Part shown: piece after piece, positions 50,024 to 61,624 of the stretch | Numbering within the stretch: the first letter of the stretch is position 1 | Layout: every line of letters begins with the position of its first letter | Source: a candidate division FCPU426 bacterium | GTDB lineage: Bacteria > Oederibacteriota > Muellerivitia > Muellerivitales > Muellerivitaceae | Assembly: GCA_963796105.1 (NCBI GenBank) | Contig: CAWCKJ010000006.1 | Span: forward strand, 96,001 to 160,000 | Direction of reading: 5' to 3' | Length of the DNA: 64,000 nt | Translations under genes and position numbers: made by a program | Notes under the pieces: generated by a model | Told to the model about the DNA's origin: nothing | The model's database searches: none | What the model saw: the letters and a program-made list of their open reading frames with translations, nothing else

Positions 50024-52813
50024 ATGCTGATTCCAAAATTCAATTTACGTTTTACTGTTCCACTTATCATTGGGGCAGTACTATTTATTTTTCTGGGCCC
50101 TCCGACTCTTAGGGCCGATGTGGGAGTCACCATCCCATCCATTGGGATAAATGGAACGACTTATACAGCGACATCGGGTGGAACCATCTCCAGCTCTGTG
50201 ACCTTTTGCGCGGGCGATACAGTTCAAATCTTCATGACTCTCTGTAACGACAACCAGTATTACGCCCCTCCCGGCGACATTGTCATAGCGCTGGAGGATA
50301 CGACTCTCATCCCCGCTGCGTCTGCGAGTTTCGGCAATAATAATGTCATAAACAACGGCTCCTGGATTCTTGTCTCGGCGCCTGGTGTCTATAATCCTCC
50401 CACTACCAACTGGCCCAACGACGGCGGATACGCCACAAATCCCCTTGAGGCGGTAACGGACGGTGTAAATAACTGCAAGTCCGTTACCCTTAACCTCGTG
50501 ATGCCGACGACCGGGCTCAAATACGGTACTGCATATCGAATCCATATCGGGTACACGGACAACTACTGCGGTTGGGTGCCCAACAAGGATTATTACATCA
50601 ACCTCACCAGCTGCCTGCCACCCCATAACGCGACAGTCCGCAAATACGCCGACGGGGTGGCGAATCCTGGGGACCCGATCCTCTATTGGCTCAATTATGA
50701 CGTGACCAACTCCACGGGAGTGACCTTGATCGACCCCCTTCCGGCAGGAGTGATTTTCCTGGCGGCGGCCCCGGGAGCATCCGCTCCATCCTCTGGGACA
50801 GCCTGTCCCTGCAATGTCACCTGGAACCTCGGCAACGCAGACAATACCGCCAATCCCCCCTTTTACCTCTCCGGTAATGAATGGGTCGAGGTTCAGGTTC
50901 CTAACAGTGCGTCAAGCGGTTCCTGGGTCGTCAACCAGGCTCAGATCAGCACCAATGAGCAGGGGACTATCAACGCTTCTCCCGTGAGCCTTCAGGTGTC
51001 TTCCGGCATCAACCTCTCGCTAAACAAACAGCAACTGGACGCCCAAGGCCTTGATCCCATCCTGTCGGCCGCCAGCGGCCAGACCGTCACCTACCGCCTG
51101 CATTTCACTCTTTCCGGCCTAGGGCTCAAGTGTTTCGAGAGTTTCGACGAGTTGACGACTGGAACCACGAGCACGAACCCGGGTTTAAGCAATTGGACGG
51201 CTGTATCTGAGGACAATCTGGGAAGCGCGTGGGCCACTTGGCAAGTGGACACGGACTCATCTGGTAATAAGTACATCAAAGCCACCACTAACAATTACGG
51301 ATATCTAGAGTATGACTGCCCGAATATGCTCAATGCTCAGCAGAATTACTGCGAGGGGACAATCCTCACGGACGCCTTTATGGGTAGCACCGCGACGGAT
51401 ATAGGGATCCTCGTCCGTTGGAAAATAGGAAGCACGGGAACGGGCGCGAACGGTTACCGGGCGGTTTGGGTCATCCTTTCCAAGGACACTAATTTTGGAA
51501 CCGCTAACGGACCCGTTTGCGGGGGTAACTTCGCGCTCCAATTCAACTGGGGTCAGGGAGGCGCGGGGGCCAACCGTGACGTCGTGGCTTGTTACACCGC
51601 AGGAACAGCTCCAGACGATTTACAGTGGTACACCATCAAAATTGTGACATCCCAAAGCGGCTGCAACATGCGCTATCAAGCCAAATATTGGGTCCGGGGG
51701 ACGCCCGAACCTCCTAACTGGATGATCGACTACACGGACGGGCCAGGGAACACCCTAGGTGGGGATCCCACCTCACCCCATGACTATTGCGGATCGGATT
51801 GGGGATGCGAGGGCGCCAGTGCGCCGACCAACGTCTGGCGTCCTGGCGTGGGGAACCAGGGCGATTTGAACGCCTTCGACAATTTCCGGGTATTTTCCAA
51901 TAATTATTTGCAAAACGGGGTATTGACGGACAAGGTTCCAACGGGAATCAATTTCCAAAGTGTTTTAACCGGAACCGGGGCCAACAATGCGGGAACAGTG
52001 GAATGGGATTTTAATAACAACTTGAACGGTGCGACTGGGAATAATATTTATGACGCTTCTGGATACATGGACTGGACCGGAACGGTCAATTGCTCGGGGG
52101 GGGCTGCGGCCACCAACCAGGCCACCCTGACGGGCCAGAATCCACTTGGGTTCAGCGCAGGGAATTATCTTTCCAATCAGACGATCCTGACTTTAAACTG
52201 TTATACTTCCACTGCCACTTCTTCCCCTACGAACAGTCCCACTGTGACGCCCACCCCGACCCAGACGAATACCCCGACTCCAACCCCTACATCCACATTC
52301 TCCAACACCCCCACTAATTCGCCCACTCCAACCATGACTCCCACTCCGACCTCGAGTCCGACCCCCACTTCCACCCCGACGGATACGAATACACCCACCC
52401 AGACCCCGACACCCACATCCACTCCTACTCCGACTAACACACCTACTATTACTCCAACCCCAACCAATACATCCACTCCCACCCAAACACCGACTCCAAC
52501 TGAAACCTACACACCTATTCCCTATTTTGATGAGTTCTATGTCGGTAAGAACGTCTTTATCCCAAGCCAGGGTTCGGTTTCCATATTCGTCGCCAATTCC
52601 GCCTATCCTGGCCCCTATTCCTTGAAAATTTACAACTCGGCTGGGGAGCATATTAAAACCCTGGACGACCGCCACCTCGATTATTCTTATATTCAATCCT
52701 ACTCTTGGGACGGGACGAACAAGAACAATGACAAGTGTGCCAGCGGGATTTATATATTCAAATTGACTGAGCCCTATGGAAGCAAATTGAAGCGGATCAT
52801 CCTCATCAGATAG
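50024..52813 (+). CDS. secreted Cys-rich protein with DUF11-like Ig modules, a lectin-like insert, a PT linker and a FlgD-Ig CTD (start uncertain)
   Basis: signal peptide; [23 protein letters not shown] linker; [13 protein letters not shown]...WDGTN...SGIY. Confidence 0.8.
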   Translation: MLIPKFNLRFTVPLIIGAVLFIFLGPPTLRADVGVTIPSIGINGTTYTATSGGTISSSVTFCAGDTVQIFMTLCNDNQYYAPPGDIVIALEDTTLIPAASASFGNNNVINNGSWILVSAPGVYNPPTTNWPNDGGYATNPLEAVTDGVNNCKSVTLNLVMPTTGLKYGTAYRIHIGYTDNYCGWVPNKDYYINLTSCLPPHNATVRKYADGVANPGDPILYWLNYDVTNSTGVTLIDPLPAGVIFLAAAPGASAPSSGTACPCNVTWNLGNADNTANPPFYLSGNEWVEVQVPNSASSGSWVVNQAQISTNEQGTINASPVSLQVSSGINLSLNKQQLDAQGLDPILSAASGQTVTYRLHFTLSGLGLKCFESFDELTTGTTSTNPGLSNWTAVSEDNLGSAWATWQVDTDSSGNKYIKATTNNYGYLEYDCPNMLNAQQNYCEGTILTDAFMGSTATDIGILVRWKIGSTGTGANGYRAVWVILSKDTNFGTANGPVCGGNFALQFNWGQGGAGANRDVVACYTAGTAPDDLQWYTIKIVTSQSGCNMRYQAKYWVRGTPEPPNWMIDYTDGPGNTLGGDPTSPHDYCGSDWGCEGASAPTNVWRPGVGNQGDLNAFDNFRVFSNNYLQNGVLTDKVPTGINFQSVLTGTGANNAGTVEWDFNNNLNGATGNNIYDASGYMDWTGTVNCSGGAAATNQATLTGQNPLGFSAGNYLSNQTILTLNCYTSTATSSPTNSPTVTPTPTQTNTPTPTPTSTFSNTPTNSPTPTMTPTPTSSPTPTSTPTDTNTPTQTPTPTSTPTPTNTPTITPTPTNTSTPTQTPTPTETYTPIPYFDEFYVGKNVFIPSQGSVSIFVANSAYPGPYSLKIYNSAGEHIKTLDDRHLDYSYIQSYSWDGTNKNNDKCASGIYIFKLTEPYGSKLKRIILIR

Positions 52814-53482
52814 CTGGTTATCAAGCCAAAAACCCACATTGAATTATTGGAATATAAATGAATGTAACCAGGAGTAGTATCTGGTTTTTTTTTGTTAGTT
52901 TTTTTAGCTGTTTTACCATTCTTTTCGGAATGGGCTTAGCAGTCCCTGACCAGTCTATCCCAACACATAAAATCAATACCATCTTCCGACCTGATTGGCT
53001 TAATACTTCTAAAATTAAATCACAGCAATCTGAAATATTGAAAATCAACCGGGCTTACGGGCAAATCCCGTTGTATTTCGAACCCAACGAAGGACAGACC
53101 GATCCCCAAGTGAGATTTCTTTCTAGGGGGAAGGGCTACTCGCTTTTTATCACCCCCGCCGAGGCGGTGTTTTCGCTGAAACGAATTGAGGCGAAGCATT
53201 TACCACAGGAATCCGGAGACGCGGCTAAAGCTTTAAGTTTTAAAGAATTCCCTAATTCAAAACCCGCAGAAGTGTTGAGGTTACGATTTGAAGGAGGGAA
53301 TCGGAAAGCTAAGTTGGAAGGGTTGGATAAAGTGGAGGGAAGAAGCAATTACTTCACGGGAAATGACTATTCCAAATGGCGCACCAACATTTCAAATTTC
53401 GGAAAGGTGAGGATGAGGGAAGTCTATCCCGGGATTGACTTGGTGTATTACGGTGATCAAAGGAAATTCGAGTACGATTTTG

Positions 53483-54470
53483 CATGCCTATCCGAACAAC
53501 GCTTGCGCAGTAATGGGTTTTGCCAAAGCGCAAGCGGTTAAGGCCCGGTGAAATAAGGAATCTGGGTCATGGCGACGATTGAACCGATAAGTATATTCGC
53601 TCAAGTATCCAGGCAGATATTTCACGTTGACTCCATGATGGGTTCCTAGGATCCAAGCCTTGGCGTTGGAAATGAATCGGTGGACCCAAGGTAACCAGTG
53701 ATTTAACACCACTGGGTCATTGGCTGTTACCTGGTACTCCACATCCACGTTTTCCAAGTTTCTCAAGCTGGGACTGGCATCCGTGTTTATCATGGCGCCT
53801 TTCTGGATTGCTTGATCGACGAATGCTTGGGCTTCCCACTTGGTTTCTGCGGTCACCTTTATCTTTGCAAAACCCGCTTTCTCTTTTTTGCGCCCTTTCT
53901 CATCTATCCATTCTTTGCTTTCAACCGCCACCAGCACTTCAGCCTGGTTTTCCTTTTCTCTCTTGCCGAATACAGCCCCATCCAACTCAATGATTTCCTT
54001 GAGTTGGTAATTTTCATCCCTTTGTCGAAGACTTTCCCGAATCTTATGCAACATCCTCCAAACGGTATCGTAGGAGGGCATTCCCAATTGCCGCTGAAGT
54101 TCCAGGGCTGAAATGCCCCTTTTCCCTTGCATCACCAATCCAATCATCCTCAACCAGGTTAAGATTGGGATCTTGGATTTCCGGAAGATCGTTCCGGCTC
54201 GAAGCCGTATTTGCTTTCGACAATAGTCACATTCCCGCACTTCGGGGCGGTTTTTGTGTTGCCAGAAACTTTCTCCTTCACATTGTGGGCAAACAAAGTC
54301 TTTTCCGGCAAAACGGCTCTTCCACACCCATTGACGTGCCTTTTCTTCTGTATCGATTTCCTTGAAAATCTCAATCCCCTTCATCCGTTGGTAGTTCATA
54401 ATTTGCCCCTCCAACAATGAGTATACTCCTGTATTCCTTTATTTCAACAGGTACCGTTTGGAGAGGCATT
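53483..54470 (-). mobile_element. IS1595-family insertion sequence (ISSod11-like), 988 bp
   Basis: 8-bp TSD CGATTTTG at 53475-53482 and 54471-54478; imperfect TIRs ATGCCT(A/C)TCC(G/A)AAC. Confidence 0.93.
53488..54399 (-). CDS. IS1595-family transposase
   Basis: CPQC...CDYC zinc ribbon, AGTIF, GISALELQRQL, ELDG, TDA, PWVH..ISNAK, YL.EY.YRFNRR. Confidence 0.95.
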   Translation of the reverse strand: MNYQRMKGIEIFKEIDTEEKARQWVWKSRFAGKDFVCPQCEGESFWQHKNRPEVRECDYCRKQIRLRAGTIFRKSKIPILTWLRMIGLVMQGKRGISALELQRQLGMPSYDTVWRMLHKIRESLRQRDENYQLKEIIELDGAVFGKREKENQAEVLVAVESKEWIDEKGRKKEKAGFAKIKVTAETKWEAQAFVDQAIQKGAMINTDASPSLRNLENVDVEYQVTANDPVVLNHWLPWVHRFISNAKAWILGTHHGVNVKYLPGYLSEYTYRFNRRHDPDSLFHRALTACALAKPITAQALFG

Positions 54471-56919
54471 CGATTTTGAGATGAATGCAGGGGCGGATCC
54501 AGGATTGATTTCTTTAGGATTCACGGGCGCCAAAAGCATCGAATTGGACGTCAAAGGGAACTTGGCTTTTCACATGGACAAGGGTGATTTTGTTTTCAAA
54601 GCGCCGGTGGTCTACCAAAAGAGAATGAAAAATGGAGAATGGACAATTGGAAATGAAAAGATAGAAGGGCGGTATTCAATAAAGTTGGATGGGAAAATAG
54701 GGTTTGAGATAGGGAAATATGACAAAACCCTTCCCCTGGTGATCGACCCTGTTTTGGATTATTCAACTTATTTGGGCGGAGCCGGGTACGAGTACGGCCA
54801 AAGTATCGCGGTGGATGGGGCGGGAAACGCTTATGTGACAGGGTATACCGATGGAACTTTTCCTATGGTAGGCGGAAGCTATCAAACTAATTTTGGGGGA
54901 ACCGAGGATGTTTTTGTGGTGAAACTGAATCCTTCGGGAAACACCCTGCTTTACTCGACTTATCTGGGCGGGACGGGGGACGAATGGGGCAACGGCATCG
55001 CGGTGGATGGGTCGGGGAACGCTTATATTACCGGTTCCACTTCCGGGAATTTCCCGATAACCGGCGGAGCCATCCAGACAGTTTTCGGGGGCGGTAATTC
55101 CGACGTTTTCGTGGCGGAACTGAACTCATTGGGAAACAACCTGGTCTATTCAACCTACTTGGGGGGAGGAGGAAACGACCAGGGCCAGGGTATCGCTTTG
55201 GATGGGTCAGGGAACGCCTATGTGACGGGGTTTACCACCGGTGAATTTCCTACCACCGGCGGCGCCTACCAGACGGTATTCGGGGGAAGTAATAATGCCT
55301 TCGTGGCGAAACTGAACTCCTCGGGTAGCGTCTTAACCTACTCGACTTACCTGGGTGGAAGCGGCTGGGATAATGGCCTGGGGATCGCCGTGGATGGGAC
55401 GGGAAACGCCTATGTGACCGGCTATACGGAAGGGGCCTTCCCAACGACCAGCGCGGCTTACCAAAAAAATTATGGCGGGGGCGGGGCGGATGCTTTTGTC
55501 TCGAAATTGAACCCGTCCGGCAGCGCCTTGGTTTATTCAACATTCCTGGGAGGGAATGGAAACGATTACGGCAATGCCATCGCCATCGACGGATCTGGAA
55601 ACGCCTATATCACCGGATCAACTTCCGGCAATTTCCCAGTGTCAGGTGGGGCTTACCAGACGGCCTATGGGGGTGGAGGCTCGGATGTTTTTGTGGCGAA
55701 ACTGAATGCCACTGGAAGCGCGTTAGCCTATTGCACTTACCTGGGAGGAAACGGCGACGATGTCGGCTTTGGAATTGGGGTGGATGGGGCTGGGGAGGCT
55801 TATGTGGCGGGGGAAACCGGCGGAAATTTTCCGGTGTCGGGCGGGGCTTACCAGACGCTTTACGGCGGCGGTACTTATGACGTGTTTTTAACCAAACTGA
55901 ATGCGGCTGGAAACGGGTTGGCCTATTCGTCCTACTTGGGGGGAATTGGGAACGACTCCGCTTATAGCATGGCTTTGGATGGATCAGGGAACGCCTATGT
56001 GACGGGTTACACCACCGGGAATTTTCCGACTTCCAGCGGAGCCTTTCAAACGGACTATGGTGAAAACGGGGATGCTTTTGTGGCGAAGTTTGACGCGATG
56101 ACTTTTAATACACCTACACCAACGGACACCCCGACAAGCACATCCACCAACACAGCTACAGCCACTCTTACGAACACCTTAACGCCAACAGCGACGAATA
56201 CACCAACTATAACCAACACTTTCACTTCAACAAATAGCCCCACTATTACGCCTACTCCGACAATAACGAATACTCCTACTCAAACTTACACACCCACCTC
56301 CACCGCTACGCCCACGGCTACACCCACAATCACCCCGACACCGACCATCACGGATACTCCTACAGTGACCTTTACCCCGACCGTGACCAACACACCACTG
56401 CCTTATTTCGATGTTTTTAGCGTCGACAAGAATTTTTTCCAATCAAACCAGGGTCCGGTTTCCATATATATTGGTAATTCTTCCTATCCCGGCCCCTATT
56501 CCTTGAAAATTTACAACTCGGCTGGGGAGCATATCAAAACACTGGACGACCGGTATTTGGAGAACTCGATCACCCAGTCTTACCTTTGGGACGGGACGAA
56601 TAAGAGCGATGATCCCTGCGCCAGCGGGGTTTACCTGATTAAACTTTCTGAGCCTTTTTCAACCAAGTGGAAGAAACTTATATTGATTAAGTGATAGAAT
56701 TTTTCGGGTCATTGTGTCGCATACCTAAGAAATAACAAATATTTGGAAACATTAGCTATGATGCTTGCATAAATGAGATGAAAAATAATTTATAAACGCC
56801 TGCCTTCCCTTCGGATTTAACAAACATCTGACATTTGATTCGCAATAAATGTTTTAACATGACTGTAGTCATAAAAAAATAAAGAATTTTAACGCATCAT
56901 ATGCGAACACTGGACCAGG

Positions 56920-59900
56920 ATGAGGCCCATGGAAACTAAAACCAAAAGAGAAATTCCTTACAACTATACCTCAGCGGATGACGAGCAGGTCGTCCGCATC
57001 CTTTTCGGCGCCCAAGTTTGGGAAGCCCTCGAGAAACTCCGTGCCCGCAGGAAAACCGGCCGTTCCGCCCGCCTCCTCATGCGATTCATCGGCGACATTT
57101 TCATCCTGCGCCGGAATCCCTTTCTCTACCAGGAAATGGTCGATTCGGCATCCACCCGGCGCCAATTCCTGAACGCCTACCAGGAAGACCTGGACATCCT
57201 GAACAAAAATTCCGGGGGAGACCCGGATGTGTTTTGGGTCCTGGGTCAATTCCAGGAATACCTTGACCGTCTGAGGTCCGAGTTGGTTTCCGCCCTTGGC
57301 CATCGTTCCCGCGTTCGTTGGGAATTAGGCCAAATTGTTGGAGAATCCAACGTCCTTTTCGACCCATTCTCGCTCATTAGCCACGTCACGGACGGCACCG
57401 ACTGGCGGCTATACATGCCAGTGGCGGTGGTTTTTCCATCCGAGGAAGCCCAAGTTGGGCCTCTCTTGGTCGCCATCGAGAAATTAGGCCTCAAGGCAAT
57501 CCCGCGTGGCGCGGGAACAGGCCTGACCGGGGGAGCCATTCCCGTGACAGGCGACTGCGTCATGGTGAACCTGGAAAAACTTAACAGAATCCGGGGCTTT
57601 TCCGATAAGGATTTCACCTTGGACGACGGAACGAATTTCAAAGGCAAGGTTTTGGAGGTGGAAGCGGGCGTCGTGACTGAGGACGCCATCCATTACGCCG
57701 CCAAGATCGGGTGGGTCTTCGCCACAGACCCCACAAGCGCTTGGGCTTCGACTATCGGCGGAAACCTCTCCGAGAATGCCGGTGGTAAGACCGCCGTGCT
57801 ATGGGGAACCGCCATCGATAACGTGCTTTCGTTCCGCATGGCTCTACCGGGCGGGAAAACGGTGGTGGTGAAGCGTAAGGGGCATCCACTGCGGAAGATT
57901 CTCCATTCGGACAAAGTGGTTTTCCTGGTCCGGGATGGGGAAACCAACTCCATCTTAAGGACGGTGGAACTGGGTGGGCTGGATATCCGCAAAAAGAACG
58001 TTTGGAAGGACATCACCAACAAGACCCTGGGGGGCTTGCCGGGCCTCCAGAAAGAGGGAACCGACGGGGTCATCACCTCGGCCAGGTTCGTTTTGTACCC
58101 GGCCTATGAAAATATGCATACCGCCTGCCTGGAGTTTTTTGGGGAAAATATGGAAGAGGCGGGCAAGGTGATCCTGGATCTTTCCAGGGAGTTCGAGAAC
58201 AAGGGCCGTGAAACCCTCATGGCCCTAGAGCATTTCGACGAGGAATACGTCAGGGCCATTGGTTACAAGACCAAGGCCGCCCGGAGCGACAGGCCCAAAG
58301 CGGTCCTTTTGATCGACATCGTGGCCCATAATCTCGCGGACTTGGCCTTGGGAGAGAAGCGGCTCAAGGACCTGGTGGACCGCTACCCCAATACCGACAT
58401 TTTCATGGCCCGAGATGCCCAGGAAGGCGTCAAGTTTTGGTCGGACCGGAAGCGCTTGGGAGCCATCGCGAAGCACACCAACGCCTTCAAGCTCAATGAG
58501 GACATTGTCCTGCCCCTGGAATCCCTGGCCGGATTCGCTTCCTATATTGATGATTACAACACGAAGGAAGAACGCCATAACCAAACCCGGTTTGTTGAAG
58601 AAGCTTTGAATTACCTGGAACTGGCGGGAGAAGCCGAGGACTCGGAATGGCTGGCGCCTAAGCGTCCCGCCGCGGAAAAACTTTGCCGCAAGGCGCTTGA
58701 GGAAATCAAAACCGCGGACAAGAAACCCCTGCGGGAAGGGAAGCCGGTCCAGGGCCTACTCAAGAACCTGTTGGATTTATTCCGGGGCTACGCGGAGGCC
58801 TCTAGGGACGTGGAACGCGTCTTCAAGGAAACCCGCTCTCGCTTGATCGTCATCGCCACCCACATGCACGCGGGCGACGGCAACGTACACGTGAACATCC
58901 CCACCTTCTCCAACGACCAGGAAATGCTGAGAAGGGCCTTTACGACCGCCGACACCGTTATGCGCCATGTGGTGACTTTGGGCGGGGTGGTGTCAGGTGA
59001 GCATGGCATAGGCGTTACCAAGCTTAAGCACCTGGAGAAAGACCGCATCGAGGCCCTGGCGGATTACCGAGCCCAAGTGGACCCTGGGGGATTGATGAAT
59101 CCCGGAAAGCTTTCCGACATGACTGTTCCCGACAAGGTTTTCACCCCTTCCTTCAATTTGCTGGAGTTGGAAGCCCGTATCCTTCAGAACGACTCGCTAT
59201 TCGAACTGGCAGAAAAGATTTCCAAGTGCATCCGTTGCGGTAAGTGCAAGCCCGACTGCTGCGTGTTCCATCCCGGGAAGAACATGTTCTACCATCCCCG
59301 CAACAAAAACTTGGCCATCGCCGCGGTCATCGAGGCCCTTCTTTACGACGCCCAGAGGGCCCGCTCCACCCGTTTCGAGTTCCTGAGGGAGCTGGAAGAG
59401 ATCGCCGACCACTGCACCATCTGCCACAAGTGCATGAAGCCCTGCCCAGTGGATATCGACACGGGCGAGATCTCCATCTTGGAGCGCCGGATTCTGGCGG
59501 CCAGAAAATACAAGCATACGGCCATCGCCACCCAAATGTCCCTGGGGTATTTGAAGAGCCGGTCGCGTGCCTACAACGCCCTGTTCCGGCAGGCCGTTCT
59601 AGTTTGGGGCCTCTTTTTCCAGCGCCTGGGCGCAAAGGCCCTGGCTTTTGTGCCCAATTTCAGCGATTGGAAGGCTATTTGGCCCTTTAATATGCTCCGG
59701 ACCCCCAACATGCCCCCCCCAGGGAAGGGAACGTTGCACAGGATCCTTCCTAAGCTGGAACTCCACCAGGCCCTCATTCTTTCCCCCGAGGGGGAGCCGG
59801 GCAAGACGGTTTTCTATTTCCCTGGATGCGGTTCCGAAAGGCTCTTTTCGGACATTGGAAAGGCTTCCCTCTACATGATGCTCAAGGCAGGGGTGAGGGT

Positions 59901-60552
59901 TGTCCTGCCGCCGCCATTCCTGTGTTGCGGGTTTCCCATTAACGTGAACGCTCAAGTGGGGGACAACAACCGGCGGGTGCTTGGCGACACCATCATCTTC
60001 AGCCAGATCCGCGAGATGTTGAGGCACCTCTCTTTCGATGCAATTGTGGTTTCCTGCGGGACCTGCCGCGAGGCCCTGCAGACCATGGGTATCGAGGGCA
60101 TCTTCTCGGCTCCCCTGGAGGACGTCAGCCGTTTCGCGGTCCAGGCAGGTTTGAAAACAGGCCCAGGCGGGGACTACCTTTACCATCGGCCCTGCCACGA
60201 TTCCATGAAGGAGACAGGGCTGGAATTTTTCAAGAAAAACTCCGGGATTAAAATGACTCTTGTGCCCCATTGCTGTTCGGAAGCAGGGACCCTCGCCATG
60301 AGCCGGCCCGACATCGCATTCAATATGCTGGACCGAAAGACGGAGGCCGTGAAAAAAGCCATGCAGGGGCGAAAAAATGACGGGGTCATGCTGACTAACT
60401 GCCCCAGCTGCCTGCAAGGTCTGGGAAGAAACGCTTCTATGGGCCTCAAGCCACGCCACATGGGAGTGGAGCTGGCGCGGCTCGCGGGTGGTGAAAAATG
60501 GGAGTTCGAGTTGAAGGGGCTACTTAAAAACGCCGAAGTCGTTAATTTTTAG
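56920..60552 (+). CDS. FAD-linked oxidoreductase with 4Fe-4S and CCG domains (DUF3683/DUF3400-type)
   Basis: REIPYNYTS, PRGAGTGLTGG, HAGDGNVH, SGEHGIG, CxxCxxC ferredoxin motifs, CCG motifs. Confidence 0.92.
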   Translation: MRPMETKTKREIPYNYTSADDEQVVRILFGAQVWEALEKLRARRKTGRSARLLMRFIGDIFILRRNPFLYQEMVDSASTRRQFLNAYQEDLDILNKNSGGDPDVFWVLGQFQEYLDRLRSELVSALGHRSRVRWELGQIVGESNVLFDPFSLISHVTDGTDWRLYMPVAVVFPSEEAQVGPLLVAIEKLGLKAIPRGAGTGLTGGAIPVTGDCVMVNLEKLNRIRGFSDKDFTLDDGTNFKGKVLEVEAGVVTEDAIHYAAKIGWVFATDPTSAWASTIGGNLSENAGGKTAVLWGTAIDNVLSFRMALPGGKTVVVKRKGHPLRKILHSDKVVFLVRDGETNSILRTVELGGLDIRKKNVWKDITNKTLGGLPGLQKEGTDGVITSARFVLYPAYENMHTACLEFFGENMEEAGKVILDLSREFENKGRETLMALEHFDEEYVRAIGYKTKAARSDRPKAVLLIDIVAHNLADLALGEKRLKDLVDRYPNTDIFMARDAQEGVKFWSDRKRLGAIAKHTNAFKLNEDIVLPLESLAGFASYIDDYNTKEERHNQTRFVEEALNYLELAGEAEDSEWLAPKRPAAEKLCRKALEEIKTADKKPLREGKPVQGLLKNLLDLFRGYAEASRDVERVFKETRSRLIVIATHMHAGDGNVHVNIPTFSNDQEMLRRAFTTADTVMRHVVTLGGVVSGEHGIGVTKLKHLEKDRIEALADYRAQVDPGGLMNPGKLSDMTVPDKVFTPSFNLLELEARILQNDSLFELAEKISKCIRCGKCKPDCCVFHPGKNMFYHPRNKNLAIAAVIEALLYDAQRARSTRFEFLRELEEIADHCTICHKCMKPCPVDIDTGEISILERRILAARKYKHTAIATQMSLGYLKSRSRAYNALFRQAVLVWGLFFQRLGAKALAFVPNFSDWKAIWPFNMLRTPNMPPPGKGTLHRILPKLELHQALILSPEGEPGKTVFYFPGCGSERLFSDIGKASLYMMLKAGVRVVLPPPFLCCGFPINVNAQVGDNNRRVLGDTIIFSQIREMLRHLSFDAIVVSCGTCREALQTMGIEGIFSAPLEDVSRFAVQAGLKTGPGGDYLYHRPCHDSMKETGLEFFKKNSGIKMTLVPHCCSEAGTLAMSRPDIAFNMLDRKTEAVKKAMQGRKNDGVMLTNCPSCLQGLGRNASMGLKPRHMGVELARLAGGEKWEFELKGLLKNAEVVNF

Positions 60553-60678
60553 AAGGAACCCCTAATTATTCACAACGGGGACACAGAACCCCAGAGTAGG
60601 TTTATTTTTTGATTTTAACAAATCCATGCATCGTACGATTTAAGTCTGCAATATAAAGCGTATATAAACTGTGTCTCT

Positions 60679-60775
60679 GTCCCACATCTCCATAAATCAG
60701 TAGAGGATATGTGGGACTATACCGACATCAATAATAGTTTAATAGAACGTCGGTATGTGTGGTGCGAAGCACCGC
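60679..60775. other. three consecutive hairpins between convergent genes
   Basis: GTCCCACAT/ATGTGGGAC, TATACCGAC/GTCGGTATG, GTGGTGC-GAA-GCACCGC. Confidence 0.55.
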
Positions 60776-60796
60776 TGTGGTAAATTAGAACTTGAA

Positions 60797-61534
60797 TTAA
60801 AGTATTCCCTCATAGCATTCCAAAATCGGGGCGTGGATCGGCATGAATAAAAGGTTCCCTCCTTTTTCTTGCGCCATTTCAAGCATTTTTCGGGAGAAAG
60901 CCCGGTTCCAATCCAGGGTGGGCTTGAAATCCGTTGGAAAGACCGCTTTGACCTTGTCGTTCCAAAATTGCCATGCGTTTTCATCTAGGACAGGGGACAC
61001 CCCCCAAAACACCTCATGAGGTTTTAAGAGGTTTGAGTAGGTCTCGAACAATTCCAGGTCAAAAAAGGCCTGGGTGATAAATCCGTCGGCTCCCGCTTCC
61101 AACTTAACCCGCGCGTATTCCATCTCCTTTGGCGCCGCTTTCCGATAGGGGTCCAGCCCCACTAAAATCTTAAGACCTGAAACTTCGCGTTTTAATTTCC
61201 GGATGACTTCCAGGAGTATCTCGGATTTGTGAGACAATGGGGCGTTCTTGGGAGAGTCTCCTGTCACCAAAGCGATTTCCTTGAAACCTTTTTCAACGAT
61301 GAGGGAAGCCTCGGGCCAAGGCTTTGCCAAGTTGATTTCCAAAGCCCGGAAGCAGGGAATGACGTTCGGAAAAAGATGGGTAGCGTATAGTGAAGCGTCG
61401 AGGCTTCCCATATCAGAGTTTTGCAGGTCGGGGATTGTCAGGGTGGTGACGCGGCTCAAACGGGTGTTGACTTCCTGGATGGCCGTGGATAGGAATTCAG
61501 GGCTTCTCGGCGCGATTTCCAAGGCAATCCTCAT
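60797..61534 (-). CDS. methylenetetrahydrofolate reductase-like flavoprotein
   Basis: N-terminal LE..PR, TIPD, LVTGD, KLEAGADGFITQAFFD. Confidence 0.78.
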   Translation of the reverse strand: MRIALEIAPRSPEFLSTAIQEVNTRLSRVTTLTIPDLQNSDMGSLDASLYATHLFPNVIPCFRALEINLAKPWPEASLIVEKGFKEIALVTGDSPKNAPLSHKSEILLEVIRKLKREVSGLKILVGLDPYRKAAPKEMEYARVKLEAGADGFITQAFFDLELFETYSNLLKPHEVFWGVSPVLDENAWQFWNDKVKAVFPTDFKPTLDWNRAFSRKMLEMAQEKGGNLLFMPIHAPILECYEGIL

Positions 61535-61624
61535 TCGTGAAGACCCCCTCTCGTTTCGTTGTTTCGACTATTTTGATAATATAAACCCATTAGAACACTG
61601 GGAATTAAAAATAAAGGGAAACTT

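Larger units (their letters stand above)
52858..56694 (+). pseudogene. SBBP beta-propeller / PT / FlgD-Ig secreted protein interrupted by IS1595
   Basis: N-part LYFEPNEGQTD...EVYPGIDLVYYG...EYDF; C-part [15 protein letters not shown] repeats. Removing the IS and one TSD gives EYDFEMNAG in frame (946 aa). Confidence 0.9.

Noticed and set aside
56859..56872. Palindrome ATGACT-GT-AGTCAT upstream of the oxidoreductase
   Set aside because: Plausible operator, but short and with no assignable regulator
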